Assembly: GCF_004010195.1 (NCBI RefSeq)
Contig: NC_057717.1
Span: 107,547,819-107,611,818 of the forward strand
DNA from: Chiloscyllium plagiosum
Taxonomy: Eukaryota
Length of the DNA: 64,000 bases
Reading direction: 5' to 3'
Shown here: piece after piece, positions 1-13,784 of the stretch
Layout of the letters: each line of letters starts with the position of its first letter
Position numbering within the stretch: the first letter of the stretch is position 1
Translations under genes and position numbers: made by a program
Notes under the pieces: model-generated
The model's database searches: none
What the model was told of the DNA's origin: nothing
What the model saw: only the letters and a program-made list of their open reading frames with translations

Positions 1-186
1 GTGGAGGCCCAGTCTCTGGACTCATTTAACAAAGAGTTGGATAGAGCTCTCAAGGATAGTGGAATCAAGGGTTATGGAGATAAGGCAGGAACAGGATACT
101 GATTAAGGATGATCAGCCATGATCATATTGATTGGTGGTGCCGGCTCGAAGGGCAGAATGGCCTACTCCTGCACCTATTGTCTATT
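1..186 (+). mobile_element. CR1-type LINE 3' end
   Basis: Typical CR1 3' UTR ending GGCTCGAAGGGCAGAATGGCCTACTCCTGCACCTATTG. Confidence 0.75.
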
Positions 187-199
187 AAATGAATACACT

Positions 200-655
200 C
201 CAACAATACTCAATGTTTGACACCATCTTAATAAAAATGTCTGCTTGATCAGCTCCACATTCTCAAACATTAACTCCTTCCACCACCAACACAGTAGCAG
301 CTGTGTGTATACCACTTAGAAGATGCACTGCAACAATTCACCATGGCTGCTTAGACTACACTTTCCAAACTCACAATCACTACAGTCTGGAAAACCAAGG
401 ACAGCAAATCCATGAGAACACCATCACCTCCAAGTCCTCTTTTAATTCTCTTACCATCCTGCCTTAGAAATATAATCGCTGTTCCTTCACTGTCATGGAG
501 TCAAAACTTTGGCCTAACCAGCATTCTAGGTGTACCGACACCAAATGGACTACAGTGCTTCAAAAAGGCAGCTCGCCGTCAAATTCTCAAGGACACACAG
601 GGATGAGCATGAAATGTTAGCCCAGCCAGTGATGGCCATATCCCGAAATGAATTA
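200..655 (+). mobile_element. Decayed LINE (CR1/L2-like) 3' fragment
   Basis: Similar sequence recurs at about 2830-3530 and 36030-36325, and its tail is shared with the SINEs at 4280, 49174 and 61188. Confidence 0.6.
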
Positions 656-2004
656 AAACAAGACCCGTTTATTCTTTGCTTCCTGTTAACAAGTCATTGT
701 CTTATCCAAAGAAAAATGTTACTTTACACACCATGTCAGTAAGGGGTTAGGTATGCTCAGCTACTTAAGGCAGTAGATAACTGAACCATGGAGAACAGTA
801 GGTTGCAGGTTACAACTTTGGTTTGTGAATTGTTAACTGATCTCAGCAAGTTTCATTAATTCAAATTTAAAAAAGAAAAAGTATTCCTGCTTACTAACTA
901 TTTAACCCTGCTAGAAAATGTAATGTGTGGATGTCAGGTGAGACCAGGCTGAGTTCATTTGTCATGCTATCTGCCTTAGAATTATCTGCCAAGACCAAAT
1001 GTCTTGGTTCAGATGTGAAGAACGGCCACTGGATTCAGTTACCAAGGTTTCCCACCTTCTAAACAACTGTGCCTTTGTCTGGATGGGAAAAGGGAAAAAA
1101 AACTTACCAAATCAAAAGATTCACATGTTCCATTTGACCTTTCTAATTTTCATTTTCAGGAATTTGAACCATGTCAGGATGGAAACTCAACACTATCCAG
1201 TAAGGACTGGCAGCATGGAAACTAGCCCTTTAATCAATTCACAAAGTCTATTTTGTTGGTGTGTAACTATATAAACAAAAAACTTTTCATACTCACTTTG
1301 TACTCAATTGTTATTGAGTAGATCTGAGAATGTAGTATTATTGAAATTAGAGAAGTGATCCTAATTTTTGGAAATAAATCTAGAAACCACAAAATCATTA
1401 CAGAATGGAAAGGCGACAGTAGGTCTGTCAAGCCCATGCCAGCTCTCTGCATACCCATCCCATTGATCCCATTCACCCTGTTGTATCCACAGAGAACTGC
1501 AAGTTTATTTTTCTTTGGTGCCAATCTAAATTCTTTTTGTGATCATTGATTTTCTTCAATAGCTGTGTAGATATTGAGTGTTGATTTGTGACCACTGAAT
1601 GCATTAAAGAGGAATGTGGGCAATGACAACGAAACTGCATTTATTGCCCGTACCTAGTTTCCCATTTTGGTACTAAGAGCCTTCCTACCTGCCTTCTGCC
1701 TTTCCTATTCACTGGGGACATGTTGTTACCTCTCCTGTTCATGTATCACCATTGTTTTTCAATTCCTCATTGTCATCATACTAAGGTCCTCCTGTTGTCT
1801 CACTACAAAACTTGGCTCAGCCTCTTGACTAATACCTCCACAACACCTTGACAGACAATAATCCCTGGGCTGGTTGCATCTGACCTGTAGGACTGACCAT
1901 GGCACAATCCTGGGACTGCAGGAATACAGGTTTTTTTTAGCTGTGGTGGGACCAAGCCCATGACTGAATGTGGCCGAGCTGCTGGACTGAACACACAAAG
2001 CACA

Positions 2005-2815
2005 GTACAGCACAAGAGAAGACGTTTCAGCCCACAAAGCTTGCGCCAGCAAATGATGCCGTACTAAACTAAAAATCTTTTGCCTCTATGTGGTCTATAT
2101 CCTGCTACTCCTTACCTATTCATGTGTCTGTCAAGGTGCCTCTTAAATGTTGCCATTATATCTGCTTCTATCACCTCCTCTGGCAGCGCAGTCCAAGCAC
2201 TTACCATCCTCTATGTAAAAACTTGCATCTCCTTTGAACTTTCCCCATTTCCCTTAAACCTATGTCCCTTAAGTAATTGACATTTCTACCCTGGTAAAAA
2301 AATTCCAAGTATCCATTTTATCCATGCCTTGCATACTCATGTAAACATTAAAAAGTATGCAGCTGGAAAAACACAGCAGGTCAAGCAGCATCCCGAGGAG
2401 CAGGAGAGTCAATGTTTTGGGCACAAACCCTTCATCAGGAATATTTCACTGCAAACCCTTCCACTGCAAACTCTATCTTCTATGAGTAAGCCAGTTCAGT
2501 TCAGTATGCACCTTTCCAACTCATTCCATGTGACTTCACCTTCTCTGTCAGCCTGCCATGAGGAACCTGGTCAAAGGCCTTGCTAAAATCCATGTTGACA
2601 AAATCCACTGCTCTACCCTCATCAATCATCTTTGTCATCTCCTCAAAAAAAAGCACGTTCTGTGAGACACAACCTCCCCAGCACAAACTCATGCTGCCTA
2701 TAAATAAGTCCATAATTTTCAAATGGGTGTAATCCTATCCATAAGTTTCTTATCCAATAATTACCTTATCACTGATGTAACGCTCTCTGACCTGTAATTT
2801 CCCAGATTATTCCCA
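2005..2815 (-). mobile_element. CR1 LINE fragments interrupted by a Penelope-derived piece (about 2350-2440)
   Basis: ORF 2501-2722 reads FFEEMTKMIDEGRAVDFVNMDFSKAFDQVPHGRL (CR1 RT). Confidence 0.8.
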
Positions 2816-2829
2816 GAATGTATTTTGGC

Positions 2830-3530
2830 TGGAGCTGTAAAGTGGCAAGTAATGTTCATACCACATAGGTACCAGGTAATGACCATCTCCAACAAGAGAG
2901 TATCTCCCCCTTTACATTCAATGGCATACCCTCACTGAATTCCCCACAACAAACATCCTGAGGGTTCCTTAGGAAAGTTAATGGGACTTGCTATATAGAT
3001 ATCTTGGCGACAAGAGTAAGTCCAATGTTAGGAATTTTGCTGCTGATAACTTATCTCCTGATTGTCCAAAGCCTGTCCATTATCTACAAGGCGTATGTCA
3101 GACATGTGTTAGAATACTCCCCACTTGCCTGCATGAGTGCAACTCCAACAACACTCTAGAGGCTTGACACTATCCAAGACAAAACAATCTGCTTGGCACT
3201 AGATCCTCAAATACTCATTCCCTCCACCATTGACTCTACCACCTACAAGATGCACCAGAACAATTCATCAAATCTCCTTAGATAGCATCTTCCAAACCCA
3301 CAGCCACTACGATTGAACAGGACAAGGTCAGTAGATACAAGGCTACACCACCACCAGTAAGTTCCTCTCCAAGCCATCACCATTCCTTTACTGTCACTGG
3401 GTCAAAATCCTAGAACTCCTGCCTGAACAAAATTGTAGAGGTACCTACACTAAATGGACTGCAGTGATTCAAGACATTGCAGCTCACCAGCACCTTTGCA
3501 AGGCAGTTAGGGATGGGCAGTCAGTGAGCC
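2830..3530 (+). mobile_element. Decayed LINE 3' fragment (same family as 200-655)
   Basis: Shared motifs, e.g. AAGATGCAC..CAATTCA and GCAGCTCACCAGCACC...GTTAGGGATGGGCAG. Confidence 0.6.
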
Positions 3531-3572
3531 ACACCTAGGGGTCAGTTAACTCAGCAATGCAGATTGACCCCA

Positions 3573-4100
3573 TCATAGAACATAGAAGAATACAGCGCAG
3601 TACAGGCCCTTCAGCCCTCGATGTTGCGCCGATCCAAGCCCACCTAACCTACACTAGCCCACTATCCTCCATATGCCTATCCAATGCCCGCTTAAATGCC
3701 CATAATGAGGGAGAGTCCACCACTGCTACTGGTAGGGCATTCCATGAACTCATGACTCGCTGAGTTCTTTCTACCATACCAGGCAACATCCTGGTAAACC
3801 TCCTCTGCACCCGTTCCAGTGCCTCCACATCCTTCCTATAGTATGGCAACCAAAACTGCACACAATACTCCAGATGCGGCCGCACCAGAGTCGTATACAA
3901 CTGCAACATAACCTCAGTACTCCGGAACTCAATTCCTCTACCAATAAAAGCCAGTACGCCATATGCCTTCTTCACCGCACTATTTACCTGGGTGGCAACT
4001 TTCAAAGATCTGTGTACATGGACACCAAGATCCCTCTGCTCATCCACACTACCAAGTATCCGACCATTAGCCCAGTACCCCATCTTTTTGTTACTCTTAC
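3573..4100 (-). mobile_element. CR1 LINE 3' fragment, internally deleted, apparently inserted in a SINE (about 3538-3572 and 4101-4256)
   Basis: ORF 3649-4083 reads LYTTLVRPHLEYCVQFW...LERVQRRFTRMLPG (CR1 ORF2 C-terminus). Confidence 0.85.
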
Positions 4101-4279
4101 TATGGGGTGGGTTTAATTCTTGTACTGGTTAAGGTTAGTGTGAAGGACTTCCCTTCTCAACCTCTCCCCTTGCCTGAGGTGTGGTGACCCTCAGGTTAAA
4201 CTACCACCTGTCATCTCTCTCTAATGGTCTGATAGAACAATGATGACTTTACTTTAAATGATAACATATCAAGGGTCGC

Positions 4280-4600
4280 CATGGCCTAGTGGTGTTAGTC
4301 CTAGTGCTAGACTATTAATGCTGAGACCCACACAATGTTCTGGGCACCTGGGTTTAAATCCCATCATGGCAAATGGTGAAATTTGAACTCAGTAAAATTA
4401 AGTGTCCAATGATGACCATGAGCTGTTGTCAATTGTCAGGAAATCTCATTATGTTCAATATTATCCTTTAGTGGGGAAACTATCAACCTTACTTGGTCTG
4501 GCCTATATGTGATTCCAGACCCACAGTAATGAGGTTGACTCTCAGTGTGGTGTAGGGATGGGCAATTCTTGCTGCCCCAGCCTATGACACGCATATTCCG
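4280..4600 (+). mobile_element. tRNA-derived SINE
   Basis: A-box-like TGGCCTAGTGG and B-box-like GGTTTAAATCC. Homologous to 49174-49510 and 61188-61545. Confidence 0.65.
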
Positions 4601-4629
4601 GGAATCTTGGCTGAAGAATTAATGTGATC

Positions 4630-4840
4630 TAGCCACCAAGAGAACTGCCCTCTTCTTCACATAGGAAATTTTATATTCACTTGAGAGGGTCAATTTATAC
4701 ACTAATTTAAACTATCATCCAAAAGATGGCACTGTTGACAATGTAATACTGAAGTGAGCTGAGATTTTGTCAAGTTTCACATGGGGGACTTAAACTGACC
4801 ATGTTCCGTATTTGAGGCAGGTGTCCACCATTGAGGCAAA
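4630..4840 (-). mobile_element. Old DeuSINE-like (SacSINE1/AmnSINE-type) fragment
   Basis: TCATCCAAAAGATGGCAC and GAGATTTTGTCAAG resemble the recalled Deu domain. A possible second copy lies at about 57450-57600 (+). Confidence 0.4.
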
Positions 4841-5484
4841 TTCGAGTGTACATAAATAAGTTTATAATAAATGTGATTAGCATTTTGAGTTTTATAATTA
4901 GGATAAAAGAATACAAGAGAAATGTTTATTCCACTGTGAACCATTATGGACATTTACACTATCTAAATGCAAGTTTTATAGTTGAATTCCCAGTCAGATA
5001 GTGTAGGGTTACAATTAGTCTTAATTCCCATGAGTTAGGGCAAGATTCTTATTTTTAATCATTATTTTCTGATAGTTTGGAAGTACAGGGATGGACATTA
5101 TTAAGGGTCAGATCCAACATGACTCGATTAGAACTCTCTGTGTGCATAACACTGGATGAGTACAAATTGCCTTTTGTATGTACATTCCTGAGCATAACTA
5201 TATTAGATTTATTTGCTTAAATGTTCTCTCTTCTACTGTTCCAGCGTTGCACACATATTAAGATTGATTCCTGTGAGGTGTATTGGTAACTGGATACAAG
5301 GTAAAGAGTGGCAAGAGGATTTATTGATAAATATGATCTGGTCAGACAAATCAGAACCTCTGCCTTTTACAACCCGTCTTTGAAAAAAACCAAGGACAGC
5401 ATAATCTTGTTAAAGGAGCGGCATCATCACAAAAGCTCCCCCCCCAATAAATCTGCACTCTTAAATAATCTGAGCCAGAACTTA

Positions 5485-5622
5485 AATACATGAATGGGAA
5501 ATGTTGAATGAAATATGGGCCAAGTGCAGGGAAATGGGGTTAGCATGGATGGACATTTTGGTCGGTATGGACCGGTTTGGGCCGAAGGGCCTGTCTCCAT
5601 GCTGTAGGACTCTATGACTCTG
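5485..5622 (+). mobile_element. CR1 LINE 3' tail
   Basis: Ends GGGCCGAAGGGCCTGTCTCCATGCTGTAGGACTCTATGACTCT. Confidence 0.7.
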
Positions 5623-5784
5623 TGAACTCTATATGGCACACTTACCCATTCAGTCATTGGGAGTTTTCACATGAATGAGAAAGTGAACATTTTATTAAAC
5701 AAAATCCTAGATATTAAAAATTAGAGAACATGTGCATGCAATAATTTGGCAGTATTACTTGTATAATTTTAGATTTATTGCATT

Positions 5785-7245
5785 AAATTGAATTTATTAT
5801 CATGTGTACCGAGGCACAGTGAAAATCTTTGTCTTGTGAGCAATACAGGCAGATCACAGAGTTAAGCAGCATAGATAAGTAAATAATAGGTAAACAGTGG
5901 CAAAAATAAAAACACAGGTACAGGCGAATGTTAAGAGTTTGTGGGTCCATTCAGTATTCTAACAACAGTAGGGTAGAAACTGTTTCGAAACCGGCTGATG
6001 CGTGTGTTCAGGCTTCTGTACCTTCTCCCCGATGGTAGAGGTTGTAGAAAAGCATTGCCAGGATGGGATGGATCTTTGAGAATGCTGGTGGCCTTTCCTT
6101 GACAGCGGGCCTGGTAGATGGATTCTGTAAATTAGAAGTTGGCTTTTGTGATTATCCGGGCTGAGTTCACCACTCTCTGTAACCGTCTCTGATCTTGAAT
6201 GGTACAGTGGCCATACCAGGTAGTGATACATCCAGACAGAATGCTCTCGATGGCGCACCTATAAATGTTGGCAAAGACATTCACAGTCTTGCCAAATGTT
6301 ATCAGCTGTCTGAGCAAGAAGAGACGTTGTTGGCCTTTGTAACAAGTGTGTCCACATGAAGAGTCCAAAAAAGCTTGTTGTGGATGCCTACTCCCACCAG
6401 CTTGACCCTCTCCACTCGTTCCACCACTGTGCTGTTAATGTGTAGGAGGGAGGAGTAACATCCCACCGAAAGTCAATAAAAAGTTCCTTGGTTTTGCCAG
6501 CATTGAGTGCTAGATTGTTCTCAGTGCACCATTTTTCCAGATCTTTGACCCCCTGTCTGTAGTCTGTTTCGTCGCCATCTGAGATTCGACCAACTATGGT
6601 GGTGTCATCAGCAAACTTGAAAATGGCATTAGTTTCGTATTTGGCGACACAGTTATGGGTATACAATGAGTACAGTAAGGGGCTGAGTACGCACCCCTAG
6701 GGGGTCCAGTGTTGAGTGTTAGTGAGGATGAAATATTGTCCCAAGCCTCACTGATTGTGGCCTGTGGGTCAGGAAACTGAGGATCCAGTTGCAGAGAGTG
6801 GGGCTCAGTCTGAGATCACTAAGTTTAGTAAATCAGTCTTGAGGGGATAATAGTGTTGAAGGCTGAACTGTAGTCAATGAGTAGGATTCTTATGTAGCTG
6901 TTCTTGGTGTCAAGATGTTCTAGGAAGGAGTGAAGGGAAAGTGATATGGCATCTGATGTGGATCTTTTGGTCCGATAGGCAAATTGGAGTGGGTCAAGTG
7001 TAGTGGGGAGGCTGGAGTTGACTAATGCCATGACCGGCCTTTCAAAGCACTTCATGACCACCAACGTTAGGGCCCCTGGGCGGTAGTCATTAAGACATGC
7101 TGCATGAGCCTTCTGAGGCACAGGGATGATGTTGGCCTCTTGAAACAGGCAGGGACAGTGGCCTGCTGCAGGGAGAGGTTGAAGATGTCCAAGAAGACGT
7201 CTGCCAGTTGATCTGCATATGCTCTGAGTGCATGGCCTGGTACTC
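5785..7245 (-). mobile_element. Rex1/Babar-clade non-LTR retrotransposon, 5'-truncated and frameshifted
   Basis: ORFs read ACLNDYRP..LTLVVMKCFER, LDPLQFAYR, ILLIDYSSAFNTIIP and KFADDTTIVG. Same family as 52697-54779. Confidence 0.85.
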
Positions 7246-7764
7246 TCTCTAGTCCCAGCCGAAATTCTGCTCAAAGCGAGCATAGAAGTCGTTGAGACGA
7301 TCTGGGAGGGATGTGACATCGTCTGCTATCTAGCACTGTCTCTTTTTAGAACCTGTGATGTCATTCAGTCCTTGCCATAGTCACCGAGTATCTGTCTGGG
7401 TCTCTAGTTTGGATTGGTTCAATTTTTAGAATTAGATTATTGGTAAGAACATCAGTATCTAAGAGCCTTACAGACTTCACATTATTTATAAAGTGTGCAA
7501 TAACTGAATAAGGACCTGAATAACAGTTACATTTTCTCTGTGACATTAAGCTGATTTATTTGTATGCCTGAGCATTCAAAAGCTTTAATTGCCACCTGAA
7601 GAACCATCATACTCGTAAAAAATAATGACTTTTTTTTCTGCAGTTAAGATTTCATTGGTCTATTCCTTATCTCTGGAAAACTCCAAGCACTGTCACTAAT
7701 TTGGAATGCTTAATTGAAAATAAATGATTTGCTTAATAGATTTGTGGACAAAATAATTATTAAC

Positions 7765-8154
7765 AGATTAGATTAGATTAGATTCCCTACAGTGTGGAAA
7801 CAGGCCCTTCAGCCCAACCATTTCACACCGAACCTCCGAAGAGTGTGGCACAGTGGCTCAGTAGTTAGCACTGCTGCCTCGCAGCACCAGGGACCCGGGT
7901 TCGATTCCAGCCTCGGGTGACTGTCTGTGTGGAGTTTGCCCTATGTCTGCGTGGGTTTCCTTTGGGTGCTCCGGTTTCCTCCCACAGTCCAAAGGTGTGC
8001 AATTTAGGTGAATTGGCCATGCTTAATTGCCCATAGTGATAGGTGCATGAGTAGGGGAATGGGTCTGGGTGGGTTGCTCTTCGAGGGGGTCAGTGTGGAC
8101 TTGTTGGGCCGAAGGGCCTGTTTTCGCACTGTAGGGAATCTAATCTAATCTAAT
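7765..8154 (+). mobile_element. HE1-like V-SINE (7844-8154) preceded by an inverted copy of its own 3' end (7765-7843)
   Basis: tRNA head GTGGCTCAG..GTTAGCACTGCTGCCTC..GGTTCGATTCC, V-domain TGTGTGGAGTTTGC..GGTTTCCTCCCACAGTCCAAAG, and (AATCT)n tail. Confidence 0.85.
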
Positions 8155-9871
8155 TATCTATGCTATGTATATTAATGAGATCATCTACTGCTACTTTGAG
8201 TCTGAGTGACACATTTCCTTATTAAGTCACATCTCCAACAGCAGTACATATATGTGGGTGGGAGTTGGGAGGCGGGTCTTATAACACAATCCCCATATCT
8301 GAGTTCGGGTCCCACCTCAACTACGATGGTCATGGCAGATGTGTGGCAATGTGGCCAAACAGTTTGACTATCAATCAATAGATCCATCTGATTGATATGC
8401 CTATGGAAAATGTGAGTTTGCTAGTCACCCTGAACCCTGTGGTAGCTATAGCTACAGTTTCCCCATGTTAAAGGACTCCTCTTACAGGTTCTTGCCATAA
8501 GTAATTATCATCCTGGTTTTGAGGGACAAAGTAGAGATGTATTTTGATGTTAGTTGTGGTTTTTCTTTCTTTTTTTCCTCACAGAGGGTGGCAGCCCGTC
8601 ACCAAGTCATCCTTTATTTACACGTGCATAATACTTCACAGTGGTTCAGCTTAGCTTCCTCAGAGCCAGCTCTCAGAGTAACAGAAGCTCTGGCACTCCT
8701 GTTTATTTTTTTTCTCCCTGTTACCCCCACACTATCGCCTAACTGTGGTAGTACTTATTTTTTTCCCTAGCGCCCATGTGTGTGTGCAGGTGTGAGACAC
8801 AGCGAAAGACACAAGGTGCATGAATCTTTATTCAAATTTCCACCACCAGGAAGAAAGGAAACATCCGCGTGGCCAGTGACAAGCAGTGGCCTTCACATCA
8901 AAGGGCAATGCTGCGTGATAAAACAGTGAAAGGGGGGTTGTGGTATATTTTCTGTTGCTTTGCAAGTTTGTGAATTGGTTTTCCTGTTTCCTAAATTCAG
9001 AATCAAACACAAGGAAATAAAAGAAATCTTGCGTACGTATCACCTGAAACATTTTATCTATGTCTTCTGGAGATCAGTGATAACATTGCTTCCAATGGGC
9101 TTGGTTAGTTTAATTAGCCGAATGACCAGTTTACAATGCAGAGTGATGCAAACTATGTGGGTTCAGTTCCTGTACTGGTTAATCTCATCATGAAGGTCTC
9201 AAGAACAGCCCTATTGCCCCTGGGATTATGGCGACTTTATCTGTTTCCAATGGGTTCTGTTTTATAAAAACAGGGGAGTTCTTCCATGTAATTCATCGTA
9301 TTCCTTGTGGGACTGATTTCTGCTTTAATCGCATTATTACAGATTCTGAATTTGCATATTGGGGATTTAATTAAGCGATTGTTTGTTTTCCTCTGAAATG
9401 TGTAATACATCGCATCAATTGTATGACACTTTGATCTTTTACTATAAATTTTGTGTCCTATGATCCTGCATCACTAGCTACCTGAAAGCTTGTACTTCCA
9501 AATAAACCTGCTGGACTATAACCTGGTGTTATGTGATTTTTAACATGGAATAAAAAAAGTTGGAAAAATTAGCAAATTAAATTGCTGGACTCATTTATTT
9601 CTCTATACCTGAAATTTGTAATGTAAAACAGACTTTTAAACAACTCAAAATGCATATCTTGTTATGATCCCAGCTGATGTCACTACCAGATAAGTCAGAT
9701 CCCAGAATCAAGTCTGGCTTGATAGACTATTTTTAAAAGACTTAGCTAATGTGGAAAACAGTCATTAAAACATAACTACATGAGGCTGCGTAGTTTATTT
9801 AACAATAGAGCAGAAGTTTATTACACAAAATAATAGCAAACCAGGTTATCTAAATAGAGGAAACAGATAAA

Positions 9872-10313
9872 TAGATGAGGCGTTTGGATGTGCAGGAAAA
9901 TCTCTACCGAATGTGGAAGGATCCTTTGGGACCTTGGATGGATGTGAGGGAGAGGTGTGGGCGCAGGTTTTACACCCCTTGCGGTGGCAACGTTTCAGAG
10001 AATATCTCTGGGACACACACACAATCCCACTGCTCTGTGGCAAACCACTTCAACTCCCCCTCCCACTCCACCAAGGACATGTAAGTCCTGGGCCACCTCC
10101 ACCACCAAATCCAAGCCATCCAACACCTGGAGGAAAAATCCTCTGCCTTTGGACCCTCCAACCATACAGCATCAACGTCGATTTCACCAGTTTCCTCATC
10201 TCCCCTCCCCCACCTCCACATTTCTGGTGCAGGGCTTATGCCCGAAACATCAACTCACCTACTCCTCGGATACTGCCTGACCTTCTGTGCTTTTCCAGCG
10301 CCACACTTTTTGT
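9872..10313. mobile_element. Penelope-like element fragment with internal inversion
   Basis: 9872-9988 matches the - strand Penelope at about 43990-44105. The rest is a + strand 3' end (RFREYLWDTH, VANHFNSPSH) with a degenerate hammerhead at 10224-10251. Confidence 0.75.
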
Positions 10314-11504
10314 ATCTAAATACAGACCACAGTTTGAAAGTTCTTAAAACATGGAGCAAAACAAAATCTTACCCCATTTCCTGGTACTATTCATTACAGA
10401 GACTCAACCCAATGAAATTATAACAATCGATTCAGTTCAACTGATTCTCTCCAGTTCCTTCCGGTGAACTGTGAAATCGTCTTACATGAATATCACAAAC
10501 CTAAAGATTTCCAACCAATCTCTCTTGATTTGGAAGTTCCGTAAGCTAAACCTTTCTATTGCGTTAACTGTGCTTTCGCCGCACTGAACTATGGAATCTG
10601 TATTTTATTCTGAGCCCACTCAGATCACTTCCAAACTGCTAGTGTTTCTTAAACTAAAATTAATGCTTGATTCTCCTGAACCAAAATAAGTTAATGGCTT
10701 TTAATGTTTACTCTCCAGATATAAACTTCAATTGTAAAACCAATTTTCCATTCACTCTTCAGGCCGTCCCTGCTGTCCTTGACACATATTGGGTTAGGTC
10801 CCTGTTCCCGAAGAACTGTCTAACTTAGTTTCATAAACTCTTTAGAATCATATCCAACCCCATTTATCACAATTTTAAACTTCATGCTCAAAAGGTGCGA
10901 TGAATATAAGTCAAACACCATTTATTGTTGCATTCACAATAACCTGATCTTTTCATTAAATTATCTTTATGTGGATTAAAGTACTATAAATCATGAATGC
11001 TATCATTGTCTTTAAAGCTCCAAGCCTCTGTCTAATGCCTGACTTTGAACTTACTCTCACACTGACATTTCTGCCCTCAGCTCCCATTTTCTGTTTAAGT
11101 ATTTTACAGTCTTCAGGACTCAACGTGGAGTCCAGTAATCCAGACCATGAGCTCTGTCCTCATTTTGATTACAGCCTCTCTCTCCTCCACCAAGACTCCT
11201 TTCAAAGAAGTCATATTGAACTCTAAACTTTAGGTCTGCTTATTTCTCCACAGATATTGAGTTTCTTCAGCGCTTGCTTTTTTTAATTTCAGATCTCTAA
11301 TATCTGCAGTATTTTTCTTTGACTTGAATGCGATATGTTGTCCTGAGTTTACTCCAGTCATGACAGATGTAAGCTGAACATATAAGTTGGCCACAATTTC
11401 TGAGTTGTGTGTTTATGACTTTCTTTCAAGTTTAATAATAATTGTTTGTTTATCAAAATTGTTTAAAGGCAAGTTAAAACTTTATTAAGATAAATTTTAT
11501 ATTG

Positions 11505-12985
11505 AGTTATAGAGTCATACAACACAGAAACAGACCCTTCAATCCAACTCATCCATGCCAAATACATTTCACAAACTAAAACTAGCCCCACTTGTCTGAG
11601 TTTGGCCCATATCCCTCCAACTTTTCCCATTCATGTACCTATCCAAATGACTTTTAAATGACTTGTAACTGTACCCGCATCGATCACTTTTTCTGGCAGT
11701 TCCACATAGAAACCACGGTTTGTGTGAAAAAGTTGCCCCTGAGGTCCCTTTTAAATCTTTTTCCTCTCAAAAATGTGCCCCTTAGTTTTGAACTCCCCTA
11801 ACCTTGGAAAAATACCTTTGCTATTCACCTTATCTATGCCTGTTATGATTTTATAAACCTTTATAAGGTCACCTCTCAACCTCCTACACTCCATTGAAAT
11901 AAATCCCAGCCTTTCTAGCGTCTCCTTATAACTCAAACCCTCCAGTCCTGGCAAGATTCTTGTAAATCTTTGCTGAGCCCTCTCCAATTTAATAATATAA
12001 TTCCGACAGCAGGGCAAGTAGAAATATATATAGTATTTCAAATGTGGCCTCACTAACATCCTGTGAAACCTCAGCATGATGTCCGAACTCCTATACTCAA
12101 AGGTCTGAGCAATGAAAGCAAGCGTGCTAAATGCCTTCGTAACCACCCTGTTTACCTGTGATGCAACTTTCAAAGAACTATGTACCTGAATCCGAGGTCT
12201 CAGTTCAATAACACTACCCAGCCTTACCATTAAATGTATCAGTTTTGCATTTATAGATTAGATTACTTGCAGTGTGGAAACAGGCCCTTTGACCCAACAA
12301 GTCCACACCGACCCTCCGAAGAGCAACCCACCCAAATCCATTCCCTTATATTTACCCCTTCACCTAACATTATGGACAATTTAGCATGGCCAATTCACCT
12401 AACTTGCACATTTTTGGACTGAGGGAGGAAACCGGAGCACCAGGAGGAAACCCACGCAGACACGGGGCGAATGTGCAAATGCCACACAGATAGTTGCCTG
12501 AAGCGGGAATTGAACCAAGGTCTCTGGTGCTGTGAGGCAGCAGTGCTAACCACTGCCACCGTTAAATTCCATATGCCATTCCTCAGCAATTTGGCCCATG
12601 CTATCCATTGTATATATAACTGACACAACAGTGGACCCAGCACTGATCCCTGCGGAACACCGCTGGTCACAGTGCTCCAGTTCAAAAAACAACCCTTCAC
12701 CATCATCCTCTGTCTCCAACCGTCAAGCCAATTTTATGTCCAATTGACAAGTTCTCCCTGAATCCTGTGTGATCTAACTTTACTAACAAGGCTACCCATG
12801 CAGAACCTTGTCAAAGGCAAGTCCATATAAACAACATCTACTGCTCTGCTCTCATCAATCTTTTTGGTTATGTCTTCAAAAAGCTCAATCAAGTTTGTGA
12901 GACACTATTTCCCATATGCAAAGCCATGCTGACTATCCTTAATCGGTCCTCACCTTTTTAATTGAATGTATTTCCTAAATCTTAG
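11505..12985 (-). mobile_element. CR1 LINE fragment containing a nested HE1 SINE
   Basis: ORF 11751-12230 (CR1 ORF2 C-terminus) and VTSGVPQGSVLGPLL in ORF 12395-12706. Confidence 0.85.
12254..12562 (-). mobile_element. HE1-like V-SINE
   Basis: Reverse complement of the 7844-8154 element. Confidence 0.85.
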
Positions 12986-13784
12986 AATCGTTAACAGTGA
13001 AGTTATCTTTTCATGAGAAGAGGTGCAAATATGCATCTCAGTCAGCTGAATTAAATATCCATTGTGTGTTTTTAAAATAAATACTTGGTCTGCTATTTAT
13101 CTTGAAACAATTCACTTTTGTCTTTATGTATAGGAGAGTTTCAATTTGTATTTTTGAAAATAATTTGCATACAATCTGTATCATAAATGTGGGTAGGTTG
13201 CTTTATTTGTTTTGCTTGGATTTAATTGTTTTGATAAACTGGAATGAAGATATGGAGACAGACGAGAATCAATCCTGACCTGCGAATTGACTCTGTTGCT
13301 GATTATTTGAATAAAGTTGTGCTTACAGAATGTCTAAGTGAATAAGTTAGAGGCTGTCCTGAGTTTGGAAGGCATTCTATATCAAGTGATATTAAAAAAA
13401 AAACTGAAGCTGATCTCAAACTAAGGAGAAGTTCTTGGCAAGTTTGAATCAATTGGTGACTGTAAAATTGCAAACAAGCTGCACAGTATGTGAAATAGCC
13501 CTCACCAAAATTGCAAGTTTATGTTTCATATTTTTTGACATTAGCTATAATACACATTCTGTTATATTTTTCTGTCCAATCAAAGCACTGTTTCTTGCGT
13601 GATTAATATTTCATTACAAGGATGAGAGGGAGTACATGGTATCACAGAATGTTACAATGTATACAAGCTATTCAATTTATGAACGTTTTTGCCCACAAGC
13701 CATTATGTTTAATCCCATCACTCTGGCTGTTCCCTCTTAGCTTTAATGTTTTTATTTTCCAAGCTACTATTCAATCCCTTTTCA

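Noticed and set aside
7844..7915. tRNA-like sequence (also at 15650 and 12490-12562)
   Set aside because: SINE heads that continue into V-SINE bodies; no complete cloverleaf.
8575..8940. Possible minus-strand LTR or LINE 3' UTR pieces with AATAAA signals
   Set aside because: Probably repeat-derived, but neither boundaries nor family can be supported from this window.
9660..11365. Possible long LTR bounded by TGTTATGA ... TCATGACA
   Set aside because: No matching TSD and no second copy in the window.
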